From: Bispira polyomma
Lineage: Eukaryota
Reading direction: 5' to 3'
NCBI GenBank assembly: GCA_965649765.1
Contig: OZ287759.1
Location: 23,374,001-23,438,000 of the forward strand
Length of the DNA stretch: 64,000 bases
Shown piece by piece: positions 60,845 to 64,000 of the stretch. A model generated the notes under the pieces. The model saw only the letters and a program-made list of their open reading frames with translations. It was not told the DNA's origin and ran no database searches. Both the position numbers and the translations under genes were made by a program. The number at the start of each line of letters is the position of its first letter. Position 1 is the stretch's first letter.

Positions 60845-61825
60845 CACTACTAACGTTTAGAAAGTTTTTAATGCTCTGGTATGAGCACGAATAACTGGAA
60901 GTCAGAAAGTCAGGAGGGACATGTATATAGAGAGAAACTAGGGAGGATGTGATTGTATTTGATTAAAGTCTTCAAGAAAGTATCATTGCATTAGGAAATT
61001 ACTGCAGTTATAGCGATTAGTGAACATAACTGTTTTTTCTAGTTTGTGTTGTTTTTCTGTAGCCCTTTGTTGACATTAGATGTTTTTTTTAAAAAGCGTG
61101 AAAAAAGTTTTTGTACTCATAACAGAAATATAAGCTGTAAAACCACTGCAAAGAACGAGTCAAGTTTGATAAAATAAAATGATGTAGCCAAGAAACAGAA
61201 CAAAATTATTGACAAATACTATAAAAATGGTTAGAGAGACAAAAATCAAAATGTAGGAATGTGAGAAAGATAGCCATAAACTTGTTGAAGTCCTGTAGTT
61301 TACAGAACTTCAACAAACAAACAATATAATATGCATTTATTAAAAGACACAATAAAACCATGCTAAAACGTAATCAAAACAAGCAAAAATCAAACACAAT
61401 GCCACAAATTATTCTATATTTACTTCAATATTATTTCAATTTAAGCCAGAATACCTATATAAAACTACTAACGTTTAGAAATGTTTTTGCCACACCAATT
61501 ATCACGCAACTTCATAATACAGGAGACTTTATAAGTAGGTACGTATTGACAGGGGTTGTTCAGCGTTCAGTAAGCAACATCAACTGTCAAATATAAGGGA
61601 GAGTGAGAATGGCATTGTCTTTGATTGAGTAAGAATCAAGTATTATTGCGCAAGGAAATTATTGCAGTGATAGTTATTATTGTAAATATATCTGTATAGC
61701 TTTTGTACTCATAATGGAAATATAAGCTGCGAAACTACTGCAATGGACGATTCATATGTAGCCAAGAAACAATTTTGAACAAAATTTCACTGTTGCAAAA
61801 TACTATGAAAATTGTACGAGAGACC
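60845..61825. repeat. Old ~400-bp direct duplication, ~620 bp offset
   Basis: Shared blocks actactaacgtttagaaa, ggaaatta(c/t)tgcagt, ttttgtactcataa, atgtagccaagaaaca. Confidence 0.75.
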
Positions 61826-62086
61826 TAATGCAAAAAAAGCCATCCCCTTCAAGAAGATAAAATGATCTCATTTGCAAATTACTTTCATTAATGTATCAGT
61901 AACATTCTATTTATTCACTTTTATTAATGTATCATAAATATTTCATTCGTTTACCTCTTTATACAAATTGTACGAGAGACCCAATGCACAAAACGTCATT
62001 GCGTTCAATTAAATATCATTTGTAAAATACTTTCTTTAATGTATCATTTCATTCAATTACCTCTTTTATAATAATTTACGAATTTG

Positions 62087-62570
62087 TAGAGCACCAAATT
62101 GATGAAAAAACATCCTCTAAGGTGTTGATATACAAAAAGGTAAGGTCCAGGGGTCAACAGAAGGTCGTTACCAAAAAGCATCCACCAGGGAAGGGTGAAC
62201 GTAGTCAGTCTAAAAAGGTAGGTTTTGAGATGGCTTCTGAAACCAGGGATTGTATCCTATGATATGACAGTCTTTGGGAGTTTGTTCCATTCATCAGGAG
62301 CAATAACAGCAAAGCGATGCCTGCTGATTTTTACAATTTGGACTTTGGATTTGGTTCGAGGAAACGAAGAGGCAGTTTTCCTGAGTAAGGCTGATAGACT
62401 TATTGTGCAAAGAAAAACAGGGAGTTTGGTTGAGCTTGATAGCTTTGAACACAAGAAGGTTGTGTTTAGAAAGAAGACGCTGTTCAACAGGTAGCCAGTG
62501 GTGTTTGTTTAGGTATGGCGAGATATGACTGAATTTATTAAGCTTGTACACAAAACAGCAGAGGGCATTT
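62087..62570 (-). mobile_element. L2/CR1-like LINE 3' fragment
   Basis: HISPYLNKHHWLPVEQR...RHRFAVIAPDEWNKLP, frameshifted. Confidence 0.85.
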
Positions 62571-63674
62571 TGGACTCTTTGGAGACTTTACAACAAGCCT
62601 TATACAACTATCACATTCAAACCATCCAAAGAAGGATGCTAATGTGCAGATTTCATACCATACATACCGCAGAGAAAGTAACTTTGCTTGTTTGTGGCAA
62701 AACTTTTGAGAATCTAGTGCTACAGACAAAACCATATAAGCCCCAGTAAAAGTCTATTCCCTTTGATTGCAGCAAGAATATATAAGGTATATATGATCTT
62801 TTCTACAACACAGATGACATAGTTAGATGCAACAAAACCCTACTAAAGGACAGGTATAAGCTTGCTAATTGGTGTTAATGTTGCCATGTAGACAACCTAT
62901 TTGTCAATTTGTTTATTGTATACAATGTAAAAAATCGGGACCTTGGGCACTCCTGGTGTATAGGACCAATTCAGAGAGAGGAGAGTGGGGTTGTGGGGAG
63001 GGGATAATCTAGGCTAGAAAACATGAATGGTGGTTAGAAAAGGCTATTATTGCAAATTAAACAGCGATCCAAATTCCATGTCTGATAGCATCCTAAGTGA
63101 TTAAGCATTAATATATTCATTTTCTCATGAGTTGTTAACTGATGCATTAACTGTGTTATAAAAGCAAACAGCAAGTCTGGCAATGTTTGCTGCAATTAAC
63201 TGGGGTTGTGTTGATGGGAAGAATTTGTAGCATTAATGCTTTGGATACAGTTGCTTGTTTTACGACGTTTAAACAATTTTCTATGTATGGGGCAAAGAGG
63301 TTTACAAATGGTGTTTTTCGGGGGAAGACATTATAGTTTGTCCCATCAGTCACAAAGCTAGTTAACAATTCATTATCTCAAAGTATATGTTTTCACTAAA
63401 TTCAACAAGGCTGTCATTTAACTTATTAAAAAAGTTTTTCTTACAAAAAAATAAAAACAACAAAATTACAAGATCCGTAATATTTATGGTTGGTACCCTA
63501 ATTTGTAATGTAATCTAGTTAAGCAATAATGTATGGCATTTTTCCAGCAACAAAATTTGGAGAAAGTGTATCCCTAGAACACATAGTTGGTATCTGCCAT
63601 TTATATTTAATGATATGCCTATTGAATATCAAGAGTCGTAGAATAGATAAACTCGAGCATCAAAGGTTTAAACC

Positions 63675-63735
63675 TAAGTGAGCTAAGTAGGTGAGCTAAG
63701 TAGGTAAATTAACTAAGTAGGTAAGTAAGCTAAGT
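63675..63735. repeat. Short tandem repeat (gagctaagtaggt)n
   Basis: About 4 degenerate 13-bp units. Confidence 0.8.
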
Positions 63736-64000
63736 CGCTACTTTGAGTTTTGAATACTAACTTGTGTTCTTTTAATGAGTTTCATCAGCTTTTGATTTGT
63801 TACTGTATGGGAAAGAGTTAATTTAAAAAAACTATTGCTTCCTGAATATCTTTGACATAAAGTAGACGGGTTAATGATCAACTAACTAGCTGGGGAGACA
63901 TTAAACAAAAGCTATGATTTGAAGCTTGATGAAACATGGCACTGCAGCTTTTAGACCATCCCATTTGTTACAAGTCCTTTATCTATCCTGACATGATACC

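Overview
AT-rich animal genomic DNA (probably a marine invertebrate such as a mollusc; this is inference from composition and repeat content). Almost all supplied ORFs are spurious. The main content is one large spliced gene on the minus strand, reconstructed by hand from GT-AG boundaries and intron phases. It starts at ATG 42546, with a two-exon signal peptide ([11 protein letters not shown]|[10 protein letters not shown]). Next come two exons for a ~155-aa N-terminal domain that resembles a degenerate C-type-lectin fold, then one divergent and 28 near-identical 105-bp phase 1-1 exons. Each 105-bp exon encodes a 35-aa, 6-Cys repeat, and the array runs off the left edge (at least 1191 aa and ~178 Cys if all exons are spliced in). 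The array (1-25 kb) has nested periodicity (564-bp units inside ~5-7 kb blocks), in-frame chimeric exons, three copies of a dead half-exon, a co-duplicated LINE 3' tail behind most donors, and a MITE present in three blocks and absent in one. The rest is intronic or intergenic, with decayed L1/Tx1 and L2/CR1 fragments, tRNA-derived SINEs, MITEs and a 211-nt gap. Exon coordinates were counted base by base; repeat boundaries are approximate.
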